The translations under genes and the position numbers were made by a program. Source: Camelus ferus (Eukaryota). Taken from it: DNA of 64,000 nt. The notes beneath the pieces were generated by a model that worked only from the letters and a program-made list of their open reading frames with translations, made no database searches and had not been told where the DNA came from. Every line of letters starts with the position of its first letter. The stretch's first letter is position 1. Of this stretch, positions 34,190-51,739 are shown one piece after another. The stretch spans positions 7,626,001 to 7,690,000 of the forward strand of contig NC_045713.1 in assembly GCF_009834535.1 (NCBI RefSeq), written 5' to 3'.

Positions 34190-35230
34190 AAGGCGCCGCC
34201 TCCCCTCGGGAACTCACCTCGACCTCTCGGGTCCACAGGCCCGAGCCCGTCCTACCCCAGCCGTTCAGATCGCCCTCTGGACCAATGCAGACCTGCGATT
34301 CCCGGCCCCAGTCGTTACCAAGGTACTGGAGCACAGAGAAAAAACACTCACCAAAACCTCGGCCACCGTCGAATGCCCCTTCTCTATAGATAGCTTCCGC
34401 CTCCCCAGCGATCCCATCAAGATAATCACATCAGGGTGAGGTCCTCGCGAAGCCCCGCCCCACCGTGCGCGGAGATTGCGTTATCTTAGGTGTCCACAGC
34501 TCTGCCTGTATAGAATTCCAGAACCGCTGTTGCCTTTTGCCCTCACTTCCCGGCGGGAAGTGACTAGCAGGCTCGCGCGCCTCCCCAGGCGAGGGGTACT
34601 GAGGACGTTGTTGCCCGGCAGCGCGCAGGCAAGCCTGGGCTCAGGCGGTGCGTGGGACAATCCTGTTTGGCGCTCAGGCCTCCCTGAGGTCCCCGGTCTT
34701 AGCGGCGACGGCGGCGGCGGCGGCGGCGCGCTTAGAGGAGGAGGGTCTAGCCGGGCGGAAGAAGTCCAGCCCGAGGTGTTTCCGCTTCCGGTGTCAGTTC
34801 GAGGCGCCGCCGCCGCAGCCGCCGGAGCCGCGATGCCTAAAGGAGGTGAGGAGCGGGCGCGCGCGGCCCGCGGGCCTCGAGGGACGGCCCGAGTCAGGCG
34901 CCCTCTGTCCGCTCAGCTCGCGGGCGTCTCAGAGAACGGCGCAGAGGGAGCATGTCCGCGCCGGCTGAGGACGAGGCCTGGGCCTCGACGCCCAATTGTC
35001 CAGCTGGGGAAACTAAGGACTGTAGCGGCCTCGAGCCACTCACTCGGGGGTCTGAGGAGACTCAGAGGCTTTGGGTCCTCGTCGACACGTAAAGCTGATC
35101 TGGGCCGCGCTTCTCCTGGCCTGGGGGATCTGGAGTTTCCTCCCATTTTTAGGCTCGCGGGGAACTGAGTCACCGCGTCCTGCGCCTGTGCCGGGCCCGC
35201 CTGCTTCGCGCGTGAAACGTGGGCCTTCTG
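34190..35230. promoter_or_regulatory. CpG island, bidirectional promoter BUD31/PDAP1
   Basis: CpG-dense region between divergent first exons. It has several ETS (GGAAG/CTTCCGG) motifs, a GC box and an E2F-like GGCGGGAA. Confidence 0.85.
34218..34420 (-). other. BUD31: BUD31 non-coding exon 1 with two candidate donors (34351 and 34217)
   Basis: Minus-strand donors TTG|gtgagt at 34351 and GAG|gtgagt at 34217, within a CpG island, with ETS GCGGAAG near 34394-34400. The transcription start is approximate. Confidence 0.6.
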
Positions 35231-38200
35231 GGGCTCGGGAGGAGGCCTGTCTGCTGCCACCTAATTTGATGCTCTTAAGCCTGGGAGACCTAGCTTTGAC
35301 TGCCCTATTTGGCAGCAGGCTCGATGCGTGCCTTTAAGCCAGTCGCCTAACATCCCCGTGTCTTAGTTTTCTCACGTGCAAGTGGGGGTTATGATTATAT
35401 ATACCTCATAATACTGATGCGAGCCTTAAACTAGGTAATCCACGTGGAGGGCTCAGTTCAGTGCGGGACAGTCGCTAAGTGCCCAGTAAACAGTAACTAT
35501 TGTTATTCGTAAGATTTTGCCGATTCCTTGGCCAAGACGGTAAAGGATCCATGGCTTCCCAGTACATTGTCGACCGTTCTCCGTCCTTTTATCCCTAAGA
35601 GTCAATAGTTCTAGACCCACCTATGTCACTGTCTAATCCTGTAGCCTTGAACAAATTATCACTTTTTCCAGTCTGTTTTCCTCATCTGAACACCTGGCTA
35701 ATAACCCTTAGCTTGGAGAGGTGGGATCGGATTCATAAAATTATAGAGCACGCGACATGCCTGGCTAGCTCCTGGCACAGAACAGATTTTGAATTAATAT
35801 TGGTAGCTCGTGTCATGTTGATTAAGATGCGTCAGCCCACAGGAAGGTCTGCTTGGAGCCTTTTCAGACCTAAATGACTTCCTGACTCTCTACTCTGAGA
35901 GATAACGGGTTTACAGAGCTGAATCCCTTTAAACCTCGCTCTCTACTGATTTATTCTGTGGTAGGAAGAGCCATGTCTCCTCTGTGTTCCTCAGTCTCCT
36001 GCAGGAGGGTACTAAATGAGCCCTCCTGGCTTCAGAATTCTAAGAGTCCTACTTAATAGATACTTTGAGCCAAGATTGGAGGTTATAATTAGAAAATCCT
36101 AACTGGATTCTTGTTTAAATGACTTGGCCTTTTGGCTTGTGTAAGCTTTATGGGCAAAAAAAAAGGTTTACATTTCTTGATTCTGTTCATTTGCTTGAAA
36201 AGCAAAAGAAAACATGAAGATGTTTAAAAAAAATGATGAAATTTTCTAGGAGCAAAGGACCAGCTCTTTGTTATATAACTGTGAAGCGTTTTAAAGGCAT
36301 GGAGAGCTTCTGATAAAAATTACTGTAGACCAAGCCAACATCAGTATCTCACAGCCAAGGATGCTGGATGAGAGCCTATACTGGCAATTTTGAGTTGTTT
36401 CTATTAGTTTGAACATTAAGAGAGAACAGGTGTTACGGTTTTTTTGATGGCAAACTTGACCTCACACAGTAGGACTTTGATGAACATAGAATGAGACACC
36501 CCTGGGAACCTGGGTAGTCATTAAAAATGGGTGGTGTGGTCTGTAGCAGCTCAATTATGGCTCTGCAGCTGCTGTCTAGGAAATCAAGGGAGGCCAGGAT
36601 CTTTGCTGCAGTCTCTGGAGCCCAGAGCAGCTCTGGCTAATTACAGATTCTCTGTTCTTGATGCAAGACTCACTGGAAGTCAGGTGGGTTGCAGCCTCCA
36701 GGAGACGTGGAAGTGGATCAAGGCCACAGCCACCCCAGTGTCCTCTGGGACCAGCTGAAAGGGTGCCTCCCTCCTTTAAAACTGACTGATGACTTTAGTA
36801 GGGGTCAGACTAGTATCCTGGCTCCAGATTGTCAAACTGTAAAACTGATTCTCTGTGATGAACTTTAATTGCTAGTCACATTTTTAACTCTTAGACGGTA
36901 GTCAAGTTTATTTTCATCTTTAACTTTTTTTGCCAGCTATGTTTCCTACTCCAAGCACAGGAAGGTTTTCTCTTACAGATTTGAAGTGTTCTTTTTCTAC
37001 CATACCACTTAGGTGAATGTGAAGTAGTTTATTATATTCCCTGTAGTAAATCACTGACGTGACCAGTGGCCTTGTTTTCTTTTCCCCACCAGGTCCTATA
37101 TTAGAAGCGTAACAGTCATAGCAAACCTTTTTGTAGCGCCTATCCAGTGCCGGGTACTGTTCCAGTAGTTTCACACATGTTAACAAATCCATCCTCATGA
37201 CAGCCCTATGAGGTAGGGACACGGGTGAAGCAACTGAGACTCTGGCAGGTTAAGTACCTGCCCGCAGTCATAGAGCTAGCAAGTGCTAGAGCTGAGATTT
37301 GAACCCAAAGGTTGGACTCTGATATGTGCACTCTTCCCTGCTCTGCTGTGGTCTCAAGTCTCCTTGTGTATGTAATGGGGCCAGCCATGATCGTGCGCAA
37401 TAGGCTTGGTCAGAGGGATCAGATGAGCCCGTGCCTGAGACAGAACAGTGCAAGTAAAAAGCACTGTAGCTTTGACAGCAGGGACATGAGTGCTGCACAT
37501 TCTCATCAGTGCATCTAAGTCAGCCTGGTGCTTCTCAGGGGCCAGGAGATTTAGCCAGTCTCTCCTTGCACTGCGCCCTCCCCCAGATCCTCCCCTCAGG
37601 TCTTATTTGTGGGAGCCCGCATCCAGCACACAGTTGGTGCTGCATCAGGTGACCACATGTTGCCTCTTTTGTCCCTTTGAACATGGGAGGGTGGGGAAGC
37701 ACAGGTCTTGGGTGGTGTTTGGGGAAGGATAGGTGAGGTTCTGCAGCCTCTGATGAGAGCACCTCAAGCTGGATACAGCCTGGGGCTCGGGGTGTTCAGG
37801 GTAGCTGCTCCCTTTCCACCTTCCTGAACTGCCGATCCTCGTGCAGGGAGAAAGGGAGGCCACAAAGGCCGGGCAAGGCAGTACACGAGCCCTGAGGAGA
37901 TCGACGCGCAGCTCCAGGCTGAAAAGCAGAAGGTCAGGGTGAGTACGAGCCTTTCCAGTCCATGCCAGTGGCCAAGAGTGGCATTCTGCCTTTTGGAATC
38001 CAGAGTGACCAGGCAAGGACCACCCATTCTCAGGAAGAAGCCAGTGCCTGAGGTTGTGGTGGGGGCGGGGCAGTGGTGGACAGCAGGTAGCAGATGGGAA
38101 TCCCAGAACTACCAATCACGGGGAGGGCCATCCTCAGATCAGTTAGGACTCTCTTCATTCAGCAGCGTTTGCCTTGGTAGGCCTCTCAGTCTTCGTCCTG

Positions 38201-41200
38201 GGTTCCTGAGTTTTGGGGGCTCTCCCTCCCCCAGGCTCTGCCCATCACGCCTTGGGCTCTCAGCCGCGCTACTGGTGTGCTCCAGCCATGCAGGACGGCT
38301 GCCAACCCCAGTGTGACGTGATGCCCTGCCTTCCCACGCCCCCAGCGGGCAAAGCGCCGTGCATTCCTCCAGACCTTGCTCAACATCTCCTCTTCTGTGA
38401 CTCTCACTGATGCTACCCACCCTTCCCCCTCCAGTCTAAGCTTAAGAGGTCCCTCTACTCTGGTCCCACAGCGTTTTTTCCAGCCAACTGTCAGGAAACA
38501 GAATGTTTCCATCGTTGGTGTCCACGTCCCAACCACACCATTAGGTCCTCACCGGGATAAGAGCCAAAGGGAGCGCAGTCAGGCTGGATGAGTGGCACAG
38601 CTGTGAAGTGCTTGGGAGAAAAAAGCCGCATCTAACTGGGCCGGGGGAGGGGGGTGAGAAGCTGGCGACTGAGCAGGACCTTGGAGAGTGTGTGGGTAAG
38701 TGTTAAGCGGGGGAGTGTGTGGTTTTTGTAAGGAATGTTTTTGGTTGGGAGGCAAGAAAGGCGGAGGGAAGTGGCATGCCAGGGTGTTGTCACGGGAAGC
38801 TGGTGCAGCAGGGCGTCTGTGTGGGCAGGCTGGAGTGGCTGGCCTGCCACTGACCGTGGGAGTGGAAGGCAGGGGAGGTCTTGCCCAGGGAAATGAGTAC
38901 AGTTTGGCAGCTGCACGTGGCAGCAGGGGGAGCAGGAGAGGAGCTGAGCTGGACTGTGGTTTCCAGCCCCGCAGCCAAGTCCTTCGGACCCTGGGAGACT
39001 GAGCAGCTCATCCAGGCTCTCTGAGGTACCTGGGCTGGGAAGAAGAGCAGGGCCTTTTATGGCCGTATGAGGGTTTGCTGGACTGGGAATGACTTCTAGG
39101 CTGTGGAGCCAAGTGGACAGGCTGCCTTTGACCCAGGGTCCCCCCCTGGGGCCAGCATCGCAGAGTAGGACTGTTATCATACTTGGTTGCAGCCTTCTGG
39201 GGGCTTAACTTCTCAAGGTCCACGGTCTGGGGGCGAGGTCATACTCTTGGGGGCTTGTTTCACGTTTCTGATTCCACAGATTGTTCATTTCTGAAGCAGG
39301 AAGAAGAGGAACAAGGAGAAGAAGGTGGAGATGGGGCTGCAGGTGACCCCAAAAAGGAGAAGAAATCCTTAGATTCAGATGAGAGTGAGGATGAAGAAGA
39401 TGATTACCAGGTACTGGGTCTTACAGGGGCTTGGGACATAGACTCACCCATTCAGCAAACACCAGTTGTGTAGTGGTCCCAGTGGTACATGCAGAGTCCT
39501 TGCTTTTAAGGGTTTACATTATAATGGGGAGTTTTGAGTTCTGTTTTAGACAAGTTTAGGTTGTGATGTCAGGTACCCAAGTGGACGTGTATACACACAG
39601 CCGGCTGGGTGTAGGTGTCTGAAGCTGCGCACAGTGGTTAGATTAACTGGCGTTTGGAAGCCGTCTGTCTGGTCTCTTAAAGAGAAATGCTGGGATTGAC
39701 AGGGCCTGAAACTCTGACCAAACCTGCTACATGGAGAATTTGTGCTCTCATTTCTTCCTCAGCTTCCCCAGGGCAGGTCGGAGGTGTGAGCTCCACGTTC
39801 TGGTGCCAGCTCCCCACACCTGTAGACTGGGTGGCTCATTCCCAAGTCACATTTCCCTCCCATTACCTGGATGGCTGGGGACTGGCATCCTTGGCCTGCC
39901 TTGCTCTGGGGATCCAGCATTGCTTGTTGTAGTCAAGCATGAAATTCCTTGGGAAGCTGCTTTTGGAGGCTGAGTCAAAGTGAGGGAGTAACCCTCTAGG
40001 CTGAGAGCTTGTGAGTTGGGCTTGGGTTCACATCTCATTTCCTGTCTACTTCCCGGTGGCCTCAGGCATGTTATTCTACCCTGTGCCTCCCTTCAGCCAC
40101 CTCTGAAGCTGGGATAACATCCTTGCCTGCTGGGACTGGGCACGGGTGGGGCTCAGTTCACACGCACTTACTCCCCTTGCACCTCCCAGGCTGATGCAGA
40201 CACTCCTGCGTGCTGTTCCCACCGGAAGGCTTGGGCCGAGCGTCGCGTTGGACTCGGGGTGGAGCAGGAGTTTGTCCTGGTCCATGCGGGTTATTGGGAG
40301 AAGGTGGGTGTGGCCCCTGGGCCCTGCAGGACCGGACTTCAACACAACTTCTCATCCTATCTTAGCAAAAGCGCAAAGGTGTAGAAGGGCTCATCGACAT
40401 TGAGAACCCCAACCGGGTGGCACAGACAACCAAAAAAGTCACACAGCTGGACCTGGACGGACCCAAGGAGCTTTCAAGGAGAGAAAGGTAGCCTGTGCTG
40501 CTGGGCCTCGTGACGGGCAGGGTCTGACCTGCAGAGGGCTGAGGCATCAGCTCCTCTGCCCTCGTTTCCTGGGCTCTGGGGTCCCCAGTGGCTAGGTGGG
40601 GGCTCCAGCTATGGTGTTTATTTCTGTTTCATCTCCTTCCCCCAAAGGCCCTATAGAAGCTTCTTAAAAAAACAAACAAAACAAAAAACATCTTTTCCCC
40701 CAGCAGAAACATAGCAGGGAAGATAGAACAGTGGATTCAGATCTGAGTGTTGCACTTGAAGGAAATAATATATGGATGGTTACTCTACAGTCCTTTTCTC
40801 CGAGACACCCCCACTCCAGGGACACTTCCCTTATCCAGCCTGATCTGACCATTCTTGGCCTGCCTCCATCCCTCATGTCATGGCCATAGGATCGGGAGAG
40901 GACTAGGGGCTCTTGCCGTCCAGAGCAGTGCAGGGAGGTCTCCTGGCTACCCCAGTCCTCTCTGAGTCCCAGGTGAAAATGGAGCTGCTGACAGCTCCCC
41001 TGTACGCTGTAGGAGGATTGTGGCCGAATCCTAAAGTGTCCTGTACAGGCCTGTCTTTGACAAGTCGTTCCCTGACTTTTCATGGCCACCAGGTGACATC
41101 GGGCCTTACAGGAGGTTGAAGGCTCTTAGGGAGAGCCACTGTGGTTTCTCTCCTAACTGGGCTGCTAGATTTAAATCCACCTTGCTGTGTTGACCATGAC

Positions 41201-42840
41201 AGCTGAGGGGTTTCAGAAAACCCCATGGAGGGGAAGGTCCACTGGCTTGGGATGTGGTTGGAGGCTGCTAAGGACTCTTCCCCCTCAAGCAGCTTCCTTC
41301 TCACCAGTGAAACCAAGTGAGGTTGCAGAGCCGACGGCCTCTGCTTGTCTGGTGAGTGTCCATCGGGAGGGGCAGGTGGAACCAGGGCCCCCTCCCCAGC
41401 TTGGGCCTGGGCTTGAGTGGCCTTTATTCTGGCTTCCACGTCCAGTTTGGCTGATAATGTTGGGAAGGATATCCCCTGTGACACCATTTTATCCAAACAG
41501 AGAAGAAATCGAAAAGCAGAAAGCAAAAGAGCGTTACATGAAAATGCACTTAGCGGGGAAGACCGAGCAGGCCAAGGCCGACCTTGCGCGACTGGCGATC
41601 ATCCGGAGGCAGCGGGAGGAGGCCGCCCGGAAGAAGGAAGAGGAGAGGAAAGGTGAGTCTGGAGCCTCTGGTGTGGGGGCCAACTCTGGTTTTGGACAAG
41701 CTACCAAGCCCTGCACTTAAGCATCCTTGCTGCAAAATGGGCGGGGTCACGGTGTTCAGTAGAGGCCCCTGCTGTGTGTGTGCGCACCTGGGCCTGCCTT
41801 TCTCAGAGTCAGATGGAGGTGGGTGTTCCTGCCAGCACCTCCCAGGATGCTGGGAGAGCCCGGCAGCAGTGGAGCCAGATGTGGGTTTGAATCTCAGCAG
41901 AGCACCGTCCACAGCATCTGAGGGAGGCCTCAGGATGCACCTGCCTTCGATGCTAGAAGGTTCCACTATGGTCTGGGGTGCCCTGAGTAGCCAGGAGAGC
42001 TGCCTGGGGTTACCACTGTATGCCTGAGGGGCTGGGGAGTTTATTGTGGGCGTGGGCTTGATTTTTATGGTGCAGACCCCGATGAAATCTGGCCCAGGGT
42101 CCCTCTTCCCCATGCCCTCCCCTCCAGGGGGGCCGAAGGCCGTAGGGTTTCTTCCAGGCCAGATTGGCTGTGGGGAGTCAATCTGGTCTAAAGGAGCATT
42201 TGCCTCGTGACCTTCTGGCCTCATGCACTCCTTTCTCCACTCAGTGTTGGAGAGTCGGGGGTGTGGGGGGCATGAGTCTGTGGGGATCTTGCTGTCCTGA
42301 CTTCTAGGCCTGGAAATGGGAAATCAGTTGCCCCAGGGCATTGTCCCCACACGAGACATAGTTATCTCAGCTCCCCACTAAGTAGCTCTTGTTCACAAAC
42401 CCCAAAGCAGGAAAGGACCTCATGTGTAACTATTTGAATGTTGCTGCTGATTGCAGACTTCAGAACCCACAAGGAGAGGTTAGAATTACAGGGTTCTGCC
42501 TGGGGGTGGGGTAGGAATGGTGTCCGTTTGCCCAGTGGAGTGCACGTTGGTGGGCCTCTGTGGAGGGGACAGCCACCCAGACTTGACGAGAATGTCTGGA
42601 CACGGGCCAGCGGGAGGGCGTCAGGCTGGGCCCTTCTCCTCAGGTCTCTGCCTCATCTGCCAGCTGAGCCAGTTGCACAAAAAGTTTTCTGAGGCCTTTG
42701 GATGTTTGGTTCTGCTATTCTGGGATGGGCAGGGAGGGCTGTTTCGGTTTGGTAGTGACTCCTTCCCTTCCTGCTTCTCAGCAAAAGATGATGCAACTTT
42801 GTCAGGAAAACGAATGCAGTCGCTCTCCCTGAATAAGTAG
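34833..42840 (+). CDS. PDAP1: 28 kDa heat- and acid-stable phosphoprotein (PDGFA-associated protein 1), 182 aa. Coding exons 34833-34845, 37847-37938, 39300-39410, 40366-40487, 41501-41652, 42782-42840
   Basis: The 549-nt spliced ORF reads [182 protein letters not shown]. Confidence 0.97.
37120..37325 (-). mobile_element. MIR
   Basis: cctcatgacagccctatgaggtagg...aactgagact...ggttaagtacctgccc...gagatttgaacccaaag. Confidence 0.75.
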
Positions 42841-43502
42841 CATGGCCTGTGGGAGGAGATGCCAGGGACCGGGCCATGCTGCCAGGACCTCTGCCGTGTC
42901 TCGCCCACCCTGTGCCCCGGCGCCGCTGCATCCGCCCCTCATGGCGAGGAGCCCCCCACGGCCTGGGACTTCTTCATCTTGGCACGGAAATCGTTTGGGG
43001 GGATGGTGGGTGGGGGGCTGGGGGAGGGGGCAGCTGCTATCTTTGAGACAGAAAGATGCAGGGCAGCATTTCATATGTAACCATTTGAATGTTTTGGCTG
43101 TTTTTAGAATTCAGAACCCTTGTCGGGGGCGCTGGGAGGTGGGGTAAGAGGAGCTTCGTTTGTCCAGTAGGTTGTGCGGCCAGGGAGGTCAAGCCCCCGC
43201 AGCTGCTGACAGGTTTGCGACAGCCAGCTCTCCCCCCCCCCCCCCCGGCTGTGTTGCCTGGGTGCTCGCTTGGAGGGGCTGTCGTCTGGGAGCCCGGGTT
43301 CCTGAGGGTCATGGCTCCTCCCTGGCCAGTCCCCTCTGGCTGAGACCTCCTCTCTGCCCTTTCCACCCCTTCCCCCACCCCCTACTCTGGCCAGGCCCCG
43401 GGCCCATTCTTAACCCTGCCCGTGGATCATTTCAAGAAACCTGTTTACTCTGTAGCACCCAGGCCAAACAGGCTCCACAAACCCAACTTGTATATTTGGC
43501 AG

Positions 43503-43508
43503 ATTAAA
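43503..43508 (+). terminator. PDAP1: Candidate proximal PDAP1 poly(A) signal ATTAAA
   Basis: First A(A/T)TAAA after the stop (about 660 nt downstream), preceded by TGTA and a U-rich stretch. Confidence 0.5.
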
Positions 43509-44229
43509 CGACATTATCGTAATCCTGGTTCTGTGATCCGTCTCTGGGCCCCCATGCCTGGGCTGCCTTCACCCAGCAGGGCATGGTGTCACTCTCAGGC
43601 AGGCCCATTCCACAGGATTCAGGTAACACTGATCCGGGTACAGGCACCGGACCCTGGACCTCTGGACTGGGAGAGATTTCAGGATACAGAAGCCAGTCCC
43701 CTTCCTTTTAACCAAGTAGGGACCTCAGGCCAGAGCAGCCAGGGACCTGTCCACTGCACACAGCAGGCAGTTGGCAGCACCAGGCCTCCCTGGCCTGTCC
43801 TCTAGGCGCCCCCTGGTGGTGACAGCCTCAGGATTTTGGTGCTGGACGCTTCCCAACACCCAACATGACTGCCAGGCATTCATTACCTCCTTCATGGTGT
43901 GGGTGGCAGTGGGGAAACTGAGGCTTAGCACAATCATGTGGGCTGCCTGCAGACTCAACCACAGTGCAGGCCCTACTTGTGCACCACTCCGGGAGGGGCG
44001 CTCCGCCTCCTAAACTGCAGTGTCCTGAGGTGACTGGGCACCGGGCAGGGCGGTGGTAAAGAATCAACACTGTGTGGCCTGCACTGTCTCCTAAGGACTT
44101 AGAACTTGTCTCCTGATTTAAAGGAGAAGCTCTCCGGAGGGACAGGCCCTAGAACAGGGGGGAAAAGTTCGGATTCTAGGTACAGTTTGTCCTGCAGCTG
44201 TGATGATGGTTCACAATTAGGAGAGCCAC

Positions 44230-44420
44230 TGATGTAACTCATTACCTACTTAAACTAAAAGAGAAAAACCATGATTATAGGAACAGCTGAAAAGCATGTG
44301 ATTAAGCAAAAATACCTTCTGAGTAAAATAGGAACAGGGGGAAAAAATCCTAAAAAATGATGAGCAATTATTAAAAACCAACTGCAAACATCAGATGGAG
44401 AAATAGTAAGTTTCCATTAA
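44230..44420 (+). mobile_element. L1 ORF2 remnant in the PDAP1 distal 3' region
   Basis: aaactaaaagagaaaaaccatgat...gaaaagcatgtga...aaaaccaactgcaaacatca resembles the L1 reverse-transcriptase region. Confidence 0.6.
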
Positions 44421-44662
44421 GGCCCAGAACCTGCCTGGAATGGACAACCACCTGTTTAGGAATCTGACTGCTGAGTGAGTGACAGGAAAGACACCTGGTC
44501 CTGGCGTCGCCCAGGCTGGCCCCCGGTGGGTAAGGAACCTTTTAGGGGAAGACCCTTGGGTTTAGGATCAATTTTGCCAGCAAACAAAAATAAGCTATCA
44601 ACGCTTTGCCCAAACTACCGTCTCCTTCCAGACACACAGGCCAACATGTCTACAGCTGCATT

Positions 44663-44668
44663 TTTATT
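44663..44668 (-). terminator. ARPC1B: ARPC1B poly(A) signal AATAAA
   Basis: Minus strand reads gtggaggtAATAAAaatgcagctgt, about 270 nt after the stop. Confidence 0.85.
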
Positions 44669-44936
44669 ACCTCCACATTCTGAAGCGATTCATGACCAGC
44701 AGAGTGCTTTGGGGACTTTTTTTTTTTTTTTTAACAATAATGAAAGCATTTCCTTAAGAAAAAGGCAATTGTTCTTCAATAGGTAAGAAAAGCCCCCCAC
44801 CCCTCCCCTCTCCCCTCCTGAGGGAGCAGCCCCCGTGGGGACCTGAACTGGTATCCTAGAAACATTCAGCAAAGCGACCCTTAGCCTCCCTGACCCCTCC
44901 CTCAGCAGATGGGATGAGGGCCAGACTCCTCACAGG

Positions 44937-50300
<5,364 letters not shown>

Positions 50301-51289
50301 TCAGCCCCGCCCGGCCCCACTGGCCAGCCGGCCTTGCCGGACAGCAGCAGCGGCCACCCTGGCCTCCCAATTCTGGCCTGAATTCTGGCCTGGTGCCTTG
50401 TTTCCCTCCTGGGGCCTCAGTCTCCCCTCCTAAAATGGCAGCTCTCATGGGAGGTCTCAGAGGCTCCAAGAACTAAACAAAGGGTGGGGTGGGGAGTTGG
50501 GGGAATGGGTGTCGGTGAAACCACTACAGCGAGTCAGGTGTGCTGGGACCCTGTCCCAGACAGGCCTTCACTCATCATCCGTGCCTCAGTTTCCTTATAG
50601 GTGAAGGCCCACCTACCAACCACCCCACCAACAGCCCAGAAGGATGGGGTAAGGGTGAAATGAAACAAATTCAGAACCCGAGAGTGGTGCCCAGCATGCA
50701 TGTGCTGGCCCTCCCCAACCCCAGCTCAGCCCCAGCACATCCCTCGCCTCCTCCCCGGCCACTGACCTTCAGAGGAGCCCCCTAGGCCCGAGGTGGGGCA
50801 GGTGCACACCCAAGGCCCATCACGGGCAGCCTCCCTCTCACTCTCACCCCTCCTCACCCAGCTCTGCTCACTTCGGCCGCGCAGCCCTGGACTGGCTCCT
50901 CCCAGCAACTGCCCTCTCAGGCCACCCACTTTCTCACTGGCTGTTGTTCTTTGTGCTAAACTTGTAGCCCACAGCCAGTCTCCATGCCTGGAGCGTGCCG
51001 GGCCTCCTGGCCTTTGCACATGCTGTTCCCTGCTGCAGGGAAGGCCAAGCCTGATGTGCCTTCGAGGCCAATTCTGTCCACATTTCACAGTGGCATGTTA
51101 TTCTCTCTGAGCCATCAAATACCTCTCCCCCCCCCCCGCCCCGTTCTATTCAGCAAAGTCCTACTCCGTAAAGACCCAAAGTGAACACCACTTCCTCAAA
51201 CCCATTCTCTCCCCACCCCACCCTCCCCAGCCCCCACCATGACTCAGCTTCCCAGAGTCACAGGGACCCAGGGTTGGAGCCCTGCAGCA

Positions 51290-51450
51290 CTGCTCACCAG
51301 CTGTGACCCTGGGCATGTTACTCACCCTCTCTGAACTTCATTTTTGCTGCATCTGCAAAATGGGAATAAGAATCCTGCCCCCAAAGGTGTAGAGGGTGAA
51401 GTAAGATGATATACTACGCCTGGCACGTAGTAGGTGTTCATGAAATGTCA
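51290..51450 (+). mobile_element. MIR
   Basis: agctgtgaccctgggcatgttactcaccctctctgaacttca...catctgcaaaatgggaataag. Confidence 0.75.
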
Positions 51451-51590
51451 GCTCTTGGTCCCTAATGGACGTGATGACACCCAGCATGCTTGACCCGTTA
51501 GGAGTGGGCCTCCCAGCCAGACCAGGGGCCGGTCCTGGGGCACACGAGCCTCAGGTCTTCACCCTGGCTGTTCCCTCCGCTTTTGGAGCT

Positions 51591-51623
51591 CTGGCATGGC
51601 TCCAGAGGCTGGCATGGCTCCAG
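51591..51623. repeat. Direct repeat ctggcatggctccag x2 with an 18-bp period
   Basis: Read directly from the sequence. Confidence 0.9.
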
Positions 51624-51739
51624 CCCTCACCAATGCCATTCACGCCTGCCTGTGTCTGGCCCACCTTCTGAACCAGGCAGCCGTGGGCCCCACCCAGCAC
51701 TCCCCTCCCTTGTCCCTGTTTATTTTCTCCACAGATGAT

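Noticed and set aside
32687-34845. BUD31 and PDAP1 both start with MPK from a shared promoter
   Set aside because: The proteins are unrelated beyond three residues, and MPK is a common N-terminus.
34476-35168. 230-aa ORF across the BUD31/PDAP1 CpG island
   Set aside because: Typical stop-poor CpG-island ORF that runs through the PDAP1 donor in a different frame and has no homology I recognise.
39053-39062. Perfect CArG box CCTTTTATGG in PDAP1 intron 2
   Set aside because: A few such matches are expected by chance in 64 kb, and there is no supporting context.
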